Source of the DNA: Octopus bimaculoides
Taxonomy: Eukaryota
Assembly: GCF_001194135.2 (NCBI RefSeq)
Contig: NC_068982.1
Location: 154,640,260 to 154,704,259 of the forward strand
Length of the DNA stretch: 64,000 nt
Direction: 5' to 3'
The number at the start of each line of letters is the position of its first letter. The stretch's first letter is position 1. Positions 27,679 to 41,013 of this stretch are shown here, piece by piece. The position numbers and the translations under genes are program-made. The notes beneath the pieces were generated by a model. It was not told the origin of the DNA and searched no databases. It saw nothing but the letters and a program-made list of their open reading frames with translations.

Positions 27679-28599
27679 TTTTTCAATAATATCATTTCAG
27701 CTACGATCGATAACTGTATTCATTTAGTTAGAGTAATAGGATGGATGGATAGACAAATATTGATAGATATAAAGATAGTTATAAATAAATCGATAGATAT
27801 CGATAGAGAAATAGAAATGATGCTGCGAAAAAGAACTGTAGTAAAGTGGCATATATTAGTGTTACGTAGATGTAGGGCGGCAGTTGCTTCAGGCAATATG
27901 ACTTATGTGAAAATATAGTTGCAAAATGGATCTTTAGATCATTAGATAACTAATTTCTAAACAATATACTCATCTACACCTTCTCTACAAATTGTCTCAG
28001 ATATATGAATATTTCTCCAAGGTATCTAAAATATTGAACGCATCTCTTATATTTTGGTTGATAATATTGGCGTAGAGCCATGATTCTGACGATTGAGATC
28101 GGTCGATTGAATCAAGACAAGTAAATCACTGGGACATAACGTCGGCCTCGGTATGATTTGAACTCAGAACGTCTAAAGCTAAAACTAAATACCGAGAGAC
28201 ATTTTCTGTTTTTCTAGTAATTGTCAACCCACCAAAAACACTCGAATGTGATATTTCATAGTCTCCAATCGTCAGTGGTACTTCATAGTCTCCAGTCGCA
28301 AGGTCTAGTGACACATCATTGATTTGTCTCTCCTTCGAGAATGTACGAGAAGCTGGCTCTGAAGCCGAAAATGGGTGGTGTCATAGCACCATCGAACCCA
28401 GAGCTTCATTTGTGCGGCAGCCACAACAGCCGCGCCTGCTTGTTCCAGATTAACCTTCTTGCGTATCAGTTAGGCTGCTGTGCACGTGGACAGAACCTTT
28501 ATATATATATATATATACACATACGTTAGACTCACTCGCCCCATTCACACACACACACGCGCACACACGGTTGTGATTTAGTTCGTTGGGGTTACCATT

Positions 28600-28860
28600 A
28601 CCATTACTGTTATTATTATCTCCTTTACATCCAACCTCTTATTTCCAGTCATCTTGCCAGGTTGGACTGTTGATCTCTGCACGTTTTTTCGCTTTCCATT
28701 ATTTTCATTCTCTCTCTCCACCCCCACCCCCCTAATTCTCTAATCCTTTCTGTTGAAGAGTGTAGGCACGAAACGTAAAAGATTTTTCCTTTTTCCCCAG
28801 CGTTAAACTAATACACCTGTTTGTTGCTCCTACACCTGTCTTATAGCCACACTATTAATA
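28600..28860. repeat. Probable Penelope-type terminal repeat fragment with degenerate hammerhead-like motif
   Basis: ctgttgaagagtgtaggcacgaaacgt (28750-28776) follows the CTGAnGA-stem-GAAAC layout typical of Penelope-like element termini, but with core mismatches. Confidence 0.35.
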
Positions 28861-28945
28861 AATGTCTTGTCATTCTTAGACATACTTTAAAGTAATGGTC
28901 ATACTTTAACATTAATATGCATGTATATATTTTATCTTTCACAGA

Positions 28946-29104
28946 ATGATGATTGTTACAACATCCCAACAAAACTCTTGCTCCAATATGCAGAAGTTGG
29001 CACGAAGACGTGTACGGTTACATCTCCGTAGACTCAGGCATCGTGAATATTCTAAACTGCGTACACTTGTACCATCAGTGGCTAACAACAACAAAGTTTC
29101 TAAA
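28946..29104 (+). CDS. Coding exon 1 of Id/extramacrochaetae-like HLH protein
   Basis: Acceptor ttttatctttcacag|A ATG and donor AAA|gtaagt (phase 0). Encodes MMIVTTSQQNSCSNMQKLARRRVRLHLRRLRHREYSKLRTLVPSVANNNKVSK, where YSKLRTLVPS...KVSK is the helix1-loop of Id/emc-type HLH domains. Confidence 0.9.
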
Positions 29105-30723
29105 GTAAGTAGTTGAAGACATAATTCTACAAACTATTTGTCCTCTATATTCCTCTACAAGTATTTTACATCCACATAATGCATCTGCTAATCAAATCCA
29201 GTTATTAATCAAATTGTATATTAATTTATACTGTTGGTAATCATAATTTGTAATCGTAAGAAGAATGACATAAATTTCGGACATGATTTCTTCGAGCAAC
29301 GAGATCTTGTATGTGGTTCTTGGATCTGATAAATGTAGCTTCCAATTCTCCTTTAAACTACACCCAACTGTTTTGGAGGAGCTAAGAACGCATTGGATAA
29401 TGTAGTTCTTTGACATACTTCTAAAATGTGGGGTCATGGTTGATTTGCCTCACAAGTTGCTCAAGCAAGACTAACCAACAACAACAACTGATAAGTCTTG
29501 GTGAGTTCAATAGAACTAATAATGGCAGCATGTGTTCATTGTTGTAGTTACCGTTGCATATCTAACACAATACCCTAACGCAATACAGTATGCATGTATT
29601 AGTACTCGAGTAAGAAGTCTGCAAAACTTTAGGCTACATGGGGCCGAATCAAACTGTTTTAAATAATATATGTAACTCCTACTAAAGGTGCTGAGTGACT
29701 CTTTCTTTTGTTTGTCCACTCACCCGTGTGTGTGTGTGTGTGTGTGTGTGTGTACACATACACGACAGACTTGCACACATTTGACGTTTACTCCAAATTA
29801 TTGGTCAACCTGAGATTAACTGATCAACCAAAACCCGTTTTTCTTACATTGAAATCTTTGATAGGTAATACGGAATTGTTTGAATTGCCTTAGTATAACT
29901 ATTAAGGTCCTAAAAGGAAAAGGACCGACTCGTCTCCAGAAGAATTTGAAATCACAATATAGAGGGACAAAACAAAAGAATATAACAACACTCAAAATAA
30001 ATTAAATTTCGCTGATGAGGTTTAATAACACCGAAACATGCCCAGTGTTGTTACTGTACAGCCAAAGATTGAACTCATTCCCAAGAGTGCTGTCTTTTTG
30101 ATATATATTAATTTAAATTCTACTTTTTTTTTCTAACTGGTGTTTTGGACCAGAATTAATTTTAATTAATTTAAATTTCATAGTTTACATTATATAGATT
30201 AGCGCTAACCGTACTATTCCATGTGGAGAAATTAACATAATCAATATGTCTTCTTCTACATGTTGTTGCATGGACAAAATACATTCTTTTGTATTCAGAG
30301 AAAAACTGACTTATTAATGTAACCATAGGTTTTCTCTTTAACACTAAACCTAATTTTACACTGCCTGATTTACTTCTCCAGCCTCTCGGCACATTGTTGG
30401 CTACTTTATCTATCTTTACTCTCAATCAACGTACCACATAATCAATTTACAAGGATCTGTCTCATCTTCTCAGCCTCCCACCAGTTTTGGAAGTTCTGAA
30501 AATGGTAGGGTCATCAGTGCTGCGCTTCCTCCTCTGACTAACCCATTAAAAAAAGCAATTCATCCAGCCTTTTGCTCTTAGTATTTTCTTCAATCAATAT
30601 CTTTCCTCATATCTGAACTTCCTTTCTAATCATGGTCCAAACCCAACACTTTTCCCCCCATCAGACTCTAATAATGAATAATACTGTATGTAAAACCATG
30701 TTTATTTCTACATTTTGTTTTAG

Positions 30724-30802
30724 GTGACAGTGATAGAAGAAGCTATTAAGTATATTGATTCCCTGCACAAGGCTTTGGTGGAACGTTTGCAGAATGTTCG
30801 AC
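30724..30802 (+). CDS. Coding exon 2 of Id/emc-like HLH protein (helix 2)
   Basis: Acceptor tttctacattttgttttag|GTG and donor CGA C|gtaagt (phase 1). Encodes VTVIEEAIKYIDSLHKALVERLQNVR, with the classic helix-2 pattern I..AI.YI..L. In phase with exon 1. Confidence 0.92.
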
Positions 30803-32580
30803 GTAAGTATTCTCATATTTCAGTGCAAGACATTACGTTAAGTCAATTAGCCTCAACTTAATTAAGGCATTTCTAACATTTTCTACGTTATGCAATACGA
30901 CATATTGCCATATGGAGTATAAAGTCAACTGATCGTGTTCTTAGCATGCATATTAATGAATTTTTGCTTCTTAAGACGGTTCATATTGATTTCTACTATA
31001 AGCACAATGCTTCGAATTTGAGAGAGGAGTAAAAAAAGATTATAGCAATCGGAACGACAACATAATAATCTTGTTGACTGAAATTGTAATAATGTCTTCT
31101 TGAAAAGACATTAATAATGTACGAGAATTGAAAATGTTTCGGATGGGATTAGCAATCGAATTGCTGGCTCAGCTTATGAAGAGTATCGTTCATACTCTAC
31201 TGCTTTCACCAGATGAGTAAATAGAATAATTATGTAGCAACAGAGAATATCAAAATCATCGAGCTCTAGCCTAAACGTCTGACAGTATTTAAATATTTTG
31301 GCTTTACATCCTCAGTGTATATTCCATTGGCTCCAAAATCTGTAGTCTTTTGCTAATATTAGAAAAGAATAAGTTGGTGACAATTAAACAGCCGTATAAT
31401 GGTAAAGTAGTAAAAGTTGAATGGTACACACTCGTACTTACATACATATATACATACATATATACATAACCGAAAGCAATGTTCAAAGAAAACAATGGAT
31501 ATAATCGAATTCGATCAATAATAAAACGAGGTGATACGTATCCTCTCACCAACGATCAGCTTCCATTAGCCACCAAGGAGGAGTCAAGTGGCTGACTGGT
31601 TGGTTAATATAGCAGATTCTTATTTCTGATGATTCTGTGTTCATAGTACTAGGTAACCATAGAAATAAAGTTGAATGAACGGGTAGGGGTTCAAATGCGA
31701 ACAATACACCTATTGTTACATTCATGGAACAACTACTGTTTCAGTTCTTCCTCTTCTTGTTTTTACTTGTTTTGTTTCTTTGTCTTTTGTTGTTCTTTTT
31801 TAAATATTTTTTCTTACTCGTGTTTTATTTAATTTCATTAATTTCTTTTCTTTGCTTATTTTTTGTAAATAATTTCGAAACAGCGCAAATGAGATCGTAG
31901 TATTTTGAGTCAATAAGAAAATTGCGGTGGAGGTATTAATGGTGGTNNNNNNNNNNNNNNNNNNNNNNNNNTGGGGATGTTCATTATGACGATGGTTGTG
32001 TTAAGAGTGGCGGTAGGGGTGATGATGTTTGATGGATGAGCAGAAAAAGAAAAACAAAAGGTTATGCATTTAAAAGAAATGAGAAAATGTACGTATAGAA
32101 TAAAGAAGGGACATTATTTAAATAATGTCAATTCGAGGCATACGTTGATAACTATATAAGAAAAGGACAATATAATTAAAAAGAATACAGTAGTTTTATT
32201 TATTTACTTATTTATTGGAATGATAACTTGAATAAATAACTGGAAACTACAGGTTTAAAGTTTTTCTACTTTACTCCATTACATTGTGTCTTCTGATCGG
32301 TTTCGAGGCTTTGGTCTTTCTCCTTGTTACTGCGTGTTCTCTGTCAATAAGGAGCAGAAGTAGAGAATCATGGTCTTTGATGTATGTGTAAAAAGAGGGA
32401 CAGTACCTACCCACTACTGTACGGATGGATGGAAGGGTTGGAAATAAGCACGATAAGTAAGTATTAAGTGGCGGAGGGACAGGCAGATAAATATCAGGCA
32501 ATCCTTTCCACATTTTCCCCCTATCAGTTTTTTTACTTTTTTACGCGTCTCTCTCTAATTCCGCTTTGGTCCGCTACCTA

Positions 32581-32625
<45 letters not shown>

Positions 32626-33426
32626 TGTCTGTGTGTATCCGAGATACTTGTTGCTGTATACTATCTGCGGGCGCGTCAACAAATATTTCATATTGCGATC
32701 TAGATTTGTACAGGACTGAATATTTATTTTTCATTTTATCGTTCTTGTTAGTTTATTTCGTTTTTTTTTCTTTCATAATTTAATATTTCATAAATCTCTC
32801 AACATCTATTGCGCAACATTAACTGTATCATGGAACAATATTGGTTCGATCGCACATCCTCTCATATATATGCAGTTGTGAATTTTTATATAAAAAAGAA
32901 ACTTCTCTGACATTAGCCCTGATTAAGGCTCCCTACTTTTGCAGTGGTGTGGCCACGCTGCTAAACTTTAATTAATACGAAATTTTTCCTAATGTCCTTG
33001 CCAGAGCTAATAGAATGAGTTTCCAGATTCAGAGAATAACTGATACTTGATTATTTTTCCCTCAACCTTTTTTCATATCACGTAACATTATGCTAAACTA
33101 TGTAACATCAGGTTCACTTAACCTCTTCCCCTATCACCATGTGCTTCATTCTAATATCTTTCATATAACTATTTCACGCTATTTATGCATTACTATTTTC
33201 TCCTATTTTTTCACCTCATTTTCCACCTCATTTTCTCATCACACTAAATATACGATTCTGTGGCTAAAATGACAGAGTGTATTTACAACTTTTCATGTCA
33301 TGTGCGTTTATGTGTCATGCTTGCGTGTGTGTGTGTATGTGTATATAGTTGTTCGTGTGTGCGCAAATGTACGTACGAATGTATATTGATAGGTATACAT
33401 TTATTTACAATTCCCAAGATATACAC

Positions 33427-33457
<31 letters not shown>

Positions 33458-34202
33458 CATGTGTTTCCATCTAGAAAGTTGTAGTGAAACGTGTATATTC
33501 ATCCGTTTATTTATGAGTTCGACGTTTTTTTTGTTATCTCCCTTATCAATAGAACCCTGTGAGTTATCTTCTTTGATTTACAAATTTATAACAGTGTTCC
33601 CTTTTGATTTATAAGCTTATTTCATGTCAATAAAGCGATACCAGGTGAGCCAATGGGGTGTGCGTACCATCTTGCACTCTGCGTTTGTAATTGTCATTTT
33701 TGATTTAGCCATGCAGGTCTTCTAAAACTTGCAAACTATTCACGAATGTCTAAGTACTAGTTAAAGGCTCAGCTATTAAATCACACATACACATATACAA
33801 CCATACATACACACGCATATAAATGCATACATATATATATATATATATATATATGTAGTGAAGGGAATGGACGAAAACGAAAGGTAAAAATACAACACAG
33901 GAGGGCCAAATTTTTAATAGTGTTAATTTAACAGTCAAAAAGGAAGGAAAGAGTTTCATACACATCCATGCATATATATATATANNNNNNNNNNNNNNNN
34001 NNNNNNNNNNNNNNNNNNNNNNNNNNNNNNNNNNNNNNNNNNNNNNNNNNNNNNNNNNNNNNNNNNNNNNNNNNNNNNNNNNNNNNNNNNNNNNNNNNNN
34101 NNNNNNNNNNNNNNNNNNNNNNNNNNNNNNNNNNNNNNNNNNNNNNNNNNNNNNNNNNNNNNNNNNNNNNNNNNNNNNNNNNNNNNNCACACACACACAC
34201 AT

Positions 34203-34235
<33 letters not shown>

Positions 34236-34237
<2 letters not shown>

Positions 34238-34399
34238 CGACAGGCTTCTTTCAGTTTCCGTCTACCAAATCCACTCACAAGGCTTTGATCGGCCCGAGGC
34301 TATAGTAGATGACACTTGCTCAAGGTGCCACACAGTGGGAATGAACCCGGAACCATGTAGTTAGTAAGCAAGCTACTTACCACACAGCCACTCCGCGCC
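34236..34399 (-). mobile_element. SINE family B, 5' half (well conserved)
   Basis: Reverse complement reads ggcgcggagtggctgtgtggtaagtagcttgct...ggttccgggttcattcccactgtgtggcaccttgagcaagtg...gaaagaagcctgtcgtatat. Confidence 0.85.
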
Positions 34400-34498
34400 C
34401 ATATATATATATTTTTTTTTTTCTCTTAAGTTTCAGCTTAATATATATATATATATTTCCAATCCCGCTACCTCTTTGTTATGTCCCTATGCTAATTG

Positions 34499-34550
<52 letters not shown>

Positions 34551-37208
34551 CTCTCTCTCTCAACCTATTTCATGTGTAATTTTGCTTGTAAATGTCTTTG
34601 GAAGGAAAAAAAAGACAGCAACCTGACACTTATGTGTTATTGTACCCACTTCAGCTGCAGTAGTAATAGAATTACATTCAGTATGCAGATGGGGAGTTGT
34701 GGTGAGAGTATGATGTCACACTGGTGTAAAAGTGGTGATGATCGTGGTGGTATTAAAGAAGATAATGGTATTGGTTGTAGTAGTAGTGGAGGAGCTGATG
34801 GTAGTTGTGGTGGAGAGTGGTAATATTAAAAGTGGTGATTGAGAGGGCTAGTGTTACAGCAGTTTTATACCCTGCATTATTTTAACTATAACACAACACC
34901 ACATGCTACACTATACTTCATTCTACAGAGTCAGTTTATCTGCTACAAATACCACCTGAATTTCTTCAAAATGTCACCCTACTGTCTTAACCATGGAACA
35001 CATAATGGTCACTGCATTTCTAAATATTGGCAAAAACAAGATGGTCATGACTGAAACACTTTTGAATATAGGTCTTATTCATTGAGCGCTGACATGGTAC
35101 CAGAACAACAACAACAAATTGCATTTCACTACATTACTACGGCAACGGAGCCTTTGTGCAATCACTTGACCTGATACTAAGTGCAACCAAATCGCCTTCA
35201 TCACACCTTTCTGTCTTAAAAACAGGAAAGGATAATGTAGTCTTAGATACACTTAGCTTTCCGTATTACTTCGCAATGTTGCGTCAGACACACATTAGAC
35301 TACAACATGTGAAGACTGCTGACACATTTCAGTCTATATTTTATATTAAAAAACTACTTATAAAATTGACAACCAGCCAACTGTCACAATATACAGTCTC
35401 TCATTTATTCATTATCTGTCAGTTGATGCTGGGAAAAACAAAGAAACGTTGAGATTGATTGAATCTAAAAGCTACGCATGTCCTGCTAGAAATTATTTTG
35501 GTTTCCACTAAAATATAAAGCAGTAAAGGAAGTATGCAAGGCATATGAGCAATAAATTTAAATGCGTGTGCCGCTTCCTAGATCAAAAACAACAATCGAA
35601 AACAATCTACGCAGTCCTTACTTCTGCAACTAATTTGTGAGAGTTACAGTCTATTGACCTACCGTTTCAGAGGTTTCTGTCTATCCAAACTTCCACAACA
35701 TCAGTGAATGGCATCGAAAGAAATTACATGGGATTCACCGTGAACACCTTCAAAGGTCGTTACTATCAACATTGTCAACTAATTTACATTTTAAACTAAA
35801 ACAGTAAATTCATCACCTCTGTTTCAGTTTACGAAGAAACTCAGGAACCAATTGCTTGGACGCCCTCTCATAGCATCGATCGCTTCAGTATTGGTCCCAG
35901 ACATTAAAAGAGATTACAAAACGTATTACCGACCTGTCGTCATCGAGGAAGGAGTCTCATTCATTGTTTTCAGTGACCTAAATCTCTCTTTCTCTTTCTC
36001 CTTCTCCTTCACCCCTCTCTCTCTTTTTATCTCCTTCACTCCACTATGTCTCTCCAACACTCCTCTCTCATTTCCTCAACTCCTCCCCATTTCTAGCTCT
36101 CTTTGTATGTGTGTTAGTGTTAGTATGTTGACGAGTTGGCCACTTGAGAGTAGGAAAAAATGACTTGCAGTATTCGTCCCAGCTGAGTCAAAATCCCGTT
36201 GAAATCAAATTTGCATTTTATCCTTTCGAGGTTGATCTAGTGCCTATATGCAGTGCCGATTTTCCATCCTTATCTTTTATAATTTCCTACCTCTCTTACT
36301 TTTGAAGAAACGGGTTGACTCCAGCCCGAGTGAGGAATTGACTCTGCCAGGATTAATTCCTGAAACATGCTGCATGTCACGGCAGTATCCTTGTGACGCT
36401 GTAGAAGTGAAAACGCCAAGGTTGAATAAGTGTGTCTCTCTCAATATTATTCTTAAACACTAGCTCTTTTGCATAAAATAACTTGCACTAAATTTCTTGG
36501 TCGTGGAACCCTGAAAACTGAAAATGTTATTTATTTTAACACAGAAAAACAAACATTATTAGATATTCAAAAAAGAGATAATTCACAAAGGTATGGAATA
36601 AAAGAGAGTATGAGGTGAGGTGAAAAATGATAATAAATTATGTATAGAAAGAAGAAGCAAACTAGATACAGTTCGGAGGATAGAAAGCAAGAACGAAATA
36701 GAAAAAAGTTGAAAAATAGAAAAGCTAGGGAAACTAGAATAGAGAATAGCATTAATAAAACATTAGCTTGTGACAAGGTAGAGAGCAGCAAGGAATTGGG
36801 AGAGGAAAATTTTTTTTTTTTCCCCCAACGATCATTGAAATCAAGGCTGCTCTAGTAAAGATGTGTATTTGCTCGTTATGGCTGTGTTTCCATATATTTA
36901 TACCTGTGTGGTTATTGGTGTATGTATGTGTGTGAATGAAAGCCGCATCTGATACACATAGGAATATTATAAATATTTACATCTAATACACAGCGCAGAT
37001 ATATGTATTATCATATATGTATATATAAAGGAAACAAAGAATAAATTTGGCACAACTTTAATATTCGTGACAATTGTTTCTGTACCCCACCGATTCTTAA
37101 GACTTTGCATGTAAATTATTCTGCGGGAAAATTTGCACAATATGTGAGGTTGAGTAGTGGCAACATATCTTTTACCTATGTATGTATAAATTTTTTGTAT
37201 ATGTATGT

Positions 37209-37243
<35 letters not shown>

Positions 37244-37298
37244 AGGACAACAAAAGAAAGAAAGAGACCTCGATATTATGTAAATAGAGGAATTTATC

Positions 37299-37427
37299 TG
37301 TAAAAATATGTGACATTCGGTAGCCATGATAAAACTTCAATGAAAGGATAACTGAAGAGATGTTGGCGTGGGTTCCGACACTCGAAGTTTTATCATGGCT
37401 ACCGAATAAGTGTCACATATTTTTACA
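37299..37427. repeat. Inverted repeat: 40-bp arms with one 4-nt bulge and a 45-nt spacer
   Basis: tgtaaaaatatgtgacattcggtagccatgataaaacttc (37299-37338) is the exact reverse complement of 37384-37427, apart from an extra taag at 37407-37410. Confidence 0.95.
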
Positions 37428-39049
37428 TCATTATGACCGTGTGATTAAAAACTTGCATCGTAACTATATGGTTTAGGCTTCGATACCAGTGTGTGGCAAC
37501 TTGAACTCTCGTTTCTATAGCTTCGTGCTGACAAATTGCCTTGTGAGCAGAATTTGGTAGACAACTGTTAATTTAATTATACCGATAGAGGTTTGTTATT
37601 TGTTAAGATGCGCGTTCGTTTTTTTCAAATCATTGGAAAAAAAGAGAACACACAAAAAAATTCACTACATATATCAAATTGCGGTGTCCACGAATTTACA
37701 TATCTAACGTGTACTCGTGCAAATTCACCTGCTCCCATGACAAAGTTGCGACTTTTAAACTTCAGCATCAACACAGTTTCACACAGTACAACTAATTAAC
37801 TTGCCTAGTTACAGATGTTTGTAATTAAAACCGAGATGTAGATTAGCTAACTAAGGGGTATAGGATAGTGTCAGTGAGTTTCTATTTATATATGTATATC
37901 TGTATGTGTGAGTATGTAAATATGTATGTATACTTTTATTAAATATATATAAGAAAATATGCTTACGCGCGTGTAACAATGTGTACTTATGTATGCTTGC
38001 ATTGGTGTGTGTGTGTGTGTGTGTGTGCATTTGTATAAATATGTATATAAATGTCAATACACTCATTTGTATAACTGTTTTTATATGTATACACATGTAC
38101 TTGCATAAATATGCATGGACAAGAGTGGGTGTGTGTATAATATATATGTCTATGCATATATTTATATATATAAATATACACACACGCACATATAAATGCA
38201 TACGTCTATGTAGATGTGTATACGTGGGGCGGGGGTTAACTGTTTGTGTAAATGTATATGCGTGTGTGTATGTAAATATTTGTATAGATATACACGTACA
38301 CGTATTTACATATATGTTTGTACGAATGTGTGTGTATATCCACATGTATTTGTGTGCGCGTTTGTCTGGATGTGTTTTAAAAAGCAACCTCGCCCGTTGG
38401 CGGGAACGAACGCGCGACTTTGAAATCGTGTGTTCAACCGCCAAACCTGTAATCTATCGCTGCCACATCTATTTGTGTGTGCATGAGCGTGTGTATGTAC
38501 TTGTCAGTGTTGTGAGTAACATGAGCGTGGGGATTAATTGCACAAATACACAAATGAATAAAAATAAGGTGATTAGTCTAATAGGAATGTAAATTGGCGC
38601 TTGCCTGAAGCAAGATGACAGAACCACTGTATTTCCGTTTTCCTATCTTGGTTCAGCATTACAAATATCCATTGTGAGAAAAACCTAGAAAACACGCTTT
38701 TTATCACACACACACTCACACACACACAAAAACAGATACACACGCGCATACACACACACAATACTGGTTATGGCAACATTTCACTCGTGGGTGAATAAGG
38801 TATAATAAGCAGATTTCTAACGTAGTGGCTAGCATTCCGATTCTTAATGTTTTCATATTCGAAGAACACGTCTTGGATAAACCAATACACTAAGAATTGT
38901 GTGTGTATTTTTTGAGGGCGTCTGAAAATATATTTTGCGATACGCGTTCAAATCCCAATGAGGTCACCTTTGCTTTTCATTCTCTCGGGGTCGATAAAAT
39001 AAGGCACCGGACATCATGTTTTCACTGGGATGCTGGACTGCCTGGTAAG

Positions 39050-40150
39050 TGTATGCATATGACGACAAAATAATGTTGTTGCTTTATAAACTGGACCAAC
39101 AGGTCAGTTAAGTTGCTTGATTTCTGGTTCAGATAGACGCAAATGGGACGAGGTATTCAGTCTCACCCAGTGATAGTTTGATGGGAAACTATCCTAGAAG
39201 ATCAGGCAGAGGTGGCGAACAAATACATCGCTACCATCGTATATTACCACGTCAGCGCCGTGCTTTAGCACAGTATTTTGTCAACCAGATTGAAGCCTCT
39301 GTTCTTTTGCATGTTGTAGAAGGGGCACGTTCCACTGGCTTGGTGGCCTATTTGATGCCACAACCCCTTGCGTTGAGGACTCAGTAAACTGTGACTGATG
39401 ATACTAGACATGTGTCAAGCTACAGCATCTAAAAAGATTCCTGGATGTGTGGTTGCTCTCTGTCATTTTTACCATAGATTGTCTTTCGATTAAGCTGATG
39501 TCCTGGATCAAATGAACAACATCGGACATCTGACGTCTGGAATGTTGTCAGGTGCTACCAGTTCTCTAGTGCCTGTTGACGAAATTCCGCATTATTTTTG
39601 TAAATTGGATTAATGGAGAGAAAGAGTGATAAAGTTCCATGAGAAAGTGAGCGTTGATGAGAATCAACTAGCTGATTTGTCCTGAAGGGCATTCACAGAT
39701 CTCTTGTCTGGTTATACTATTGGGGGAATTGTTGCAAGGAACTATGCTCTAAGGGTCTCTCCAAGGGGAACACAGTATGACGAATCCGTTTTTCACACAT
39801 TCAGTGTCCAAGCATGATGATTTTCTTTCCGAAGAAGGGACACACTTTTCTTTTGCCTAGTGGCTACAACCAAAGATGTTTTATTCCTACCACAGCTGAA
39901 TAAATTAAGTCAGACACTTTTATCTTCGGTCAAGCCTTCGTCCACTTCTATAAGGGTGGAGATGGAGCTACTGCCCTGTAATGAAATTGTTGAAAGGAGA
40001 CTAAGAGCGGTGAATTTGGCTTGAGTTAATGAGCATACTGTCAGCATACACCTGAAGGCCGAGGGAAACAGTTATATGGGCAAACCTACATTAGGTAGTG
40101 GGGTCCCTTGCATGGCCTAGGGGAACCGCTCCACTTCTCTTGACTTTCTC
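39050..40150 (+). mobile_element. Degenerate Tx1/L1-type ORF2 (RT C-terminal half) fragment
   Basis: Broken frames give YAYDDK, KLLDFWF, KLS..QAEVANKYIATIVYYHVSAV, LFFCML*KGHVPLAWWPI*CHNPL and a RSLVWLYYWG-like block, colinear with Tx1-clade ORF2. Confidence 0.65.
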
Positions 40151-40214
40151 ATATATGTGTGTCCTGAATTTTTTCCAGAAGCTCTAGCTACTTCCAGCTC
40201 TCCATAATAATGAT

Positions 40215-40720
40215 GATTTCAAATTTTAGCACAAGACCAGCAATTTTGGGGAGGGGGTAAGTCGATTGCATCGATCCCAGTAAGGATGAAATGCAAAGAA
40301 GACATCGGCGGAATTTGAACTCAGAACATGCACATGGATGAAATTCCGCTAAGCATTTTGCCCAGTGTGCTTACGATTCTGCCAGCTCGCCACCTTAATA
40401 ATGATGATGATGATAGTAAGTAATTATTATTTCTACTCTTGGCACAAGGCCTTGAAAATTTGGGGGCAAGGGGCTAGTGGATTACATCGACCCTAGTGCG
40501 TAACTGGTACTTATTTCATCGACTCCGAAAGGATGAAAGGCAAAGTCGACCTCGGCAGAATTTGAACTCAGAACGTAGCGGCAGACGAAATATCACTAAG
40601 CATTTCGCCCGGCGTGATGACGATTCTGGTTCTGCCCTACTTCTTGACTGATACTTTATTTTATCGATTCCGGATTCATAAAAGGCAGAGCTGAATTATA
40701 CGAAATTTGAACTCGGAACT
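40215..40720 (-). mobile_element. Three tandem SINE family A copies
   Basis: Reverse-complement family A units at 40215-40396, 40422-40637 and 40648-40720 (partial). Confidence 0.88.
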
Positions 40721-40967
40721 TTATATAAAATTTGTAAACAAGCAGATCGAAACCTTCTAACCACTTCTCTGTTTAATCTCTTTTACGTAGCTCCCTACCA
40801 CTTCTTCTAACCAGCATTTACATTCTTATTACACCGTTATTTTACCATATGGCTGCTGTTGGTTTGCATACATCGACTTTAAATTACGTTTATGTTTGGC
40901 TTAGTAAATTGAAGAGAAAGGGAAAGGCATTCGGTGATTAGTGCGTGTGTGTCTGTGCATCTGTACA

Positions 40968-41013
<46 letters not shown>

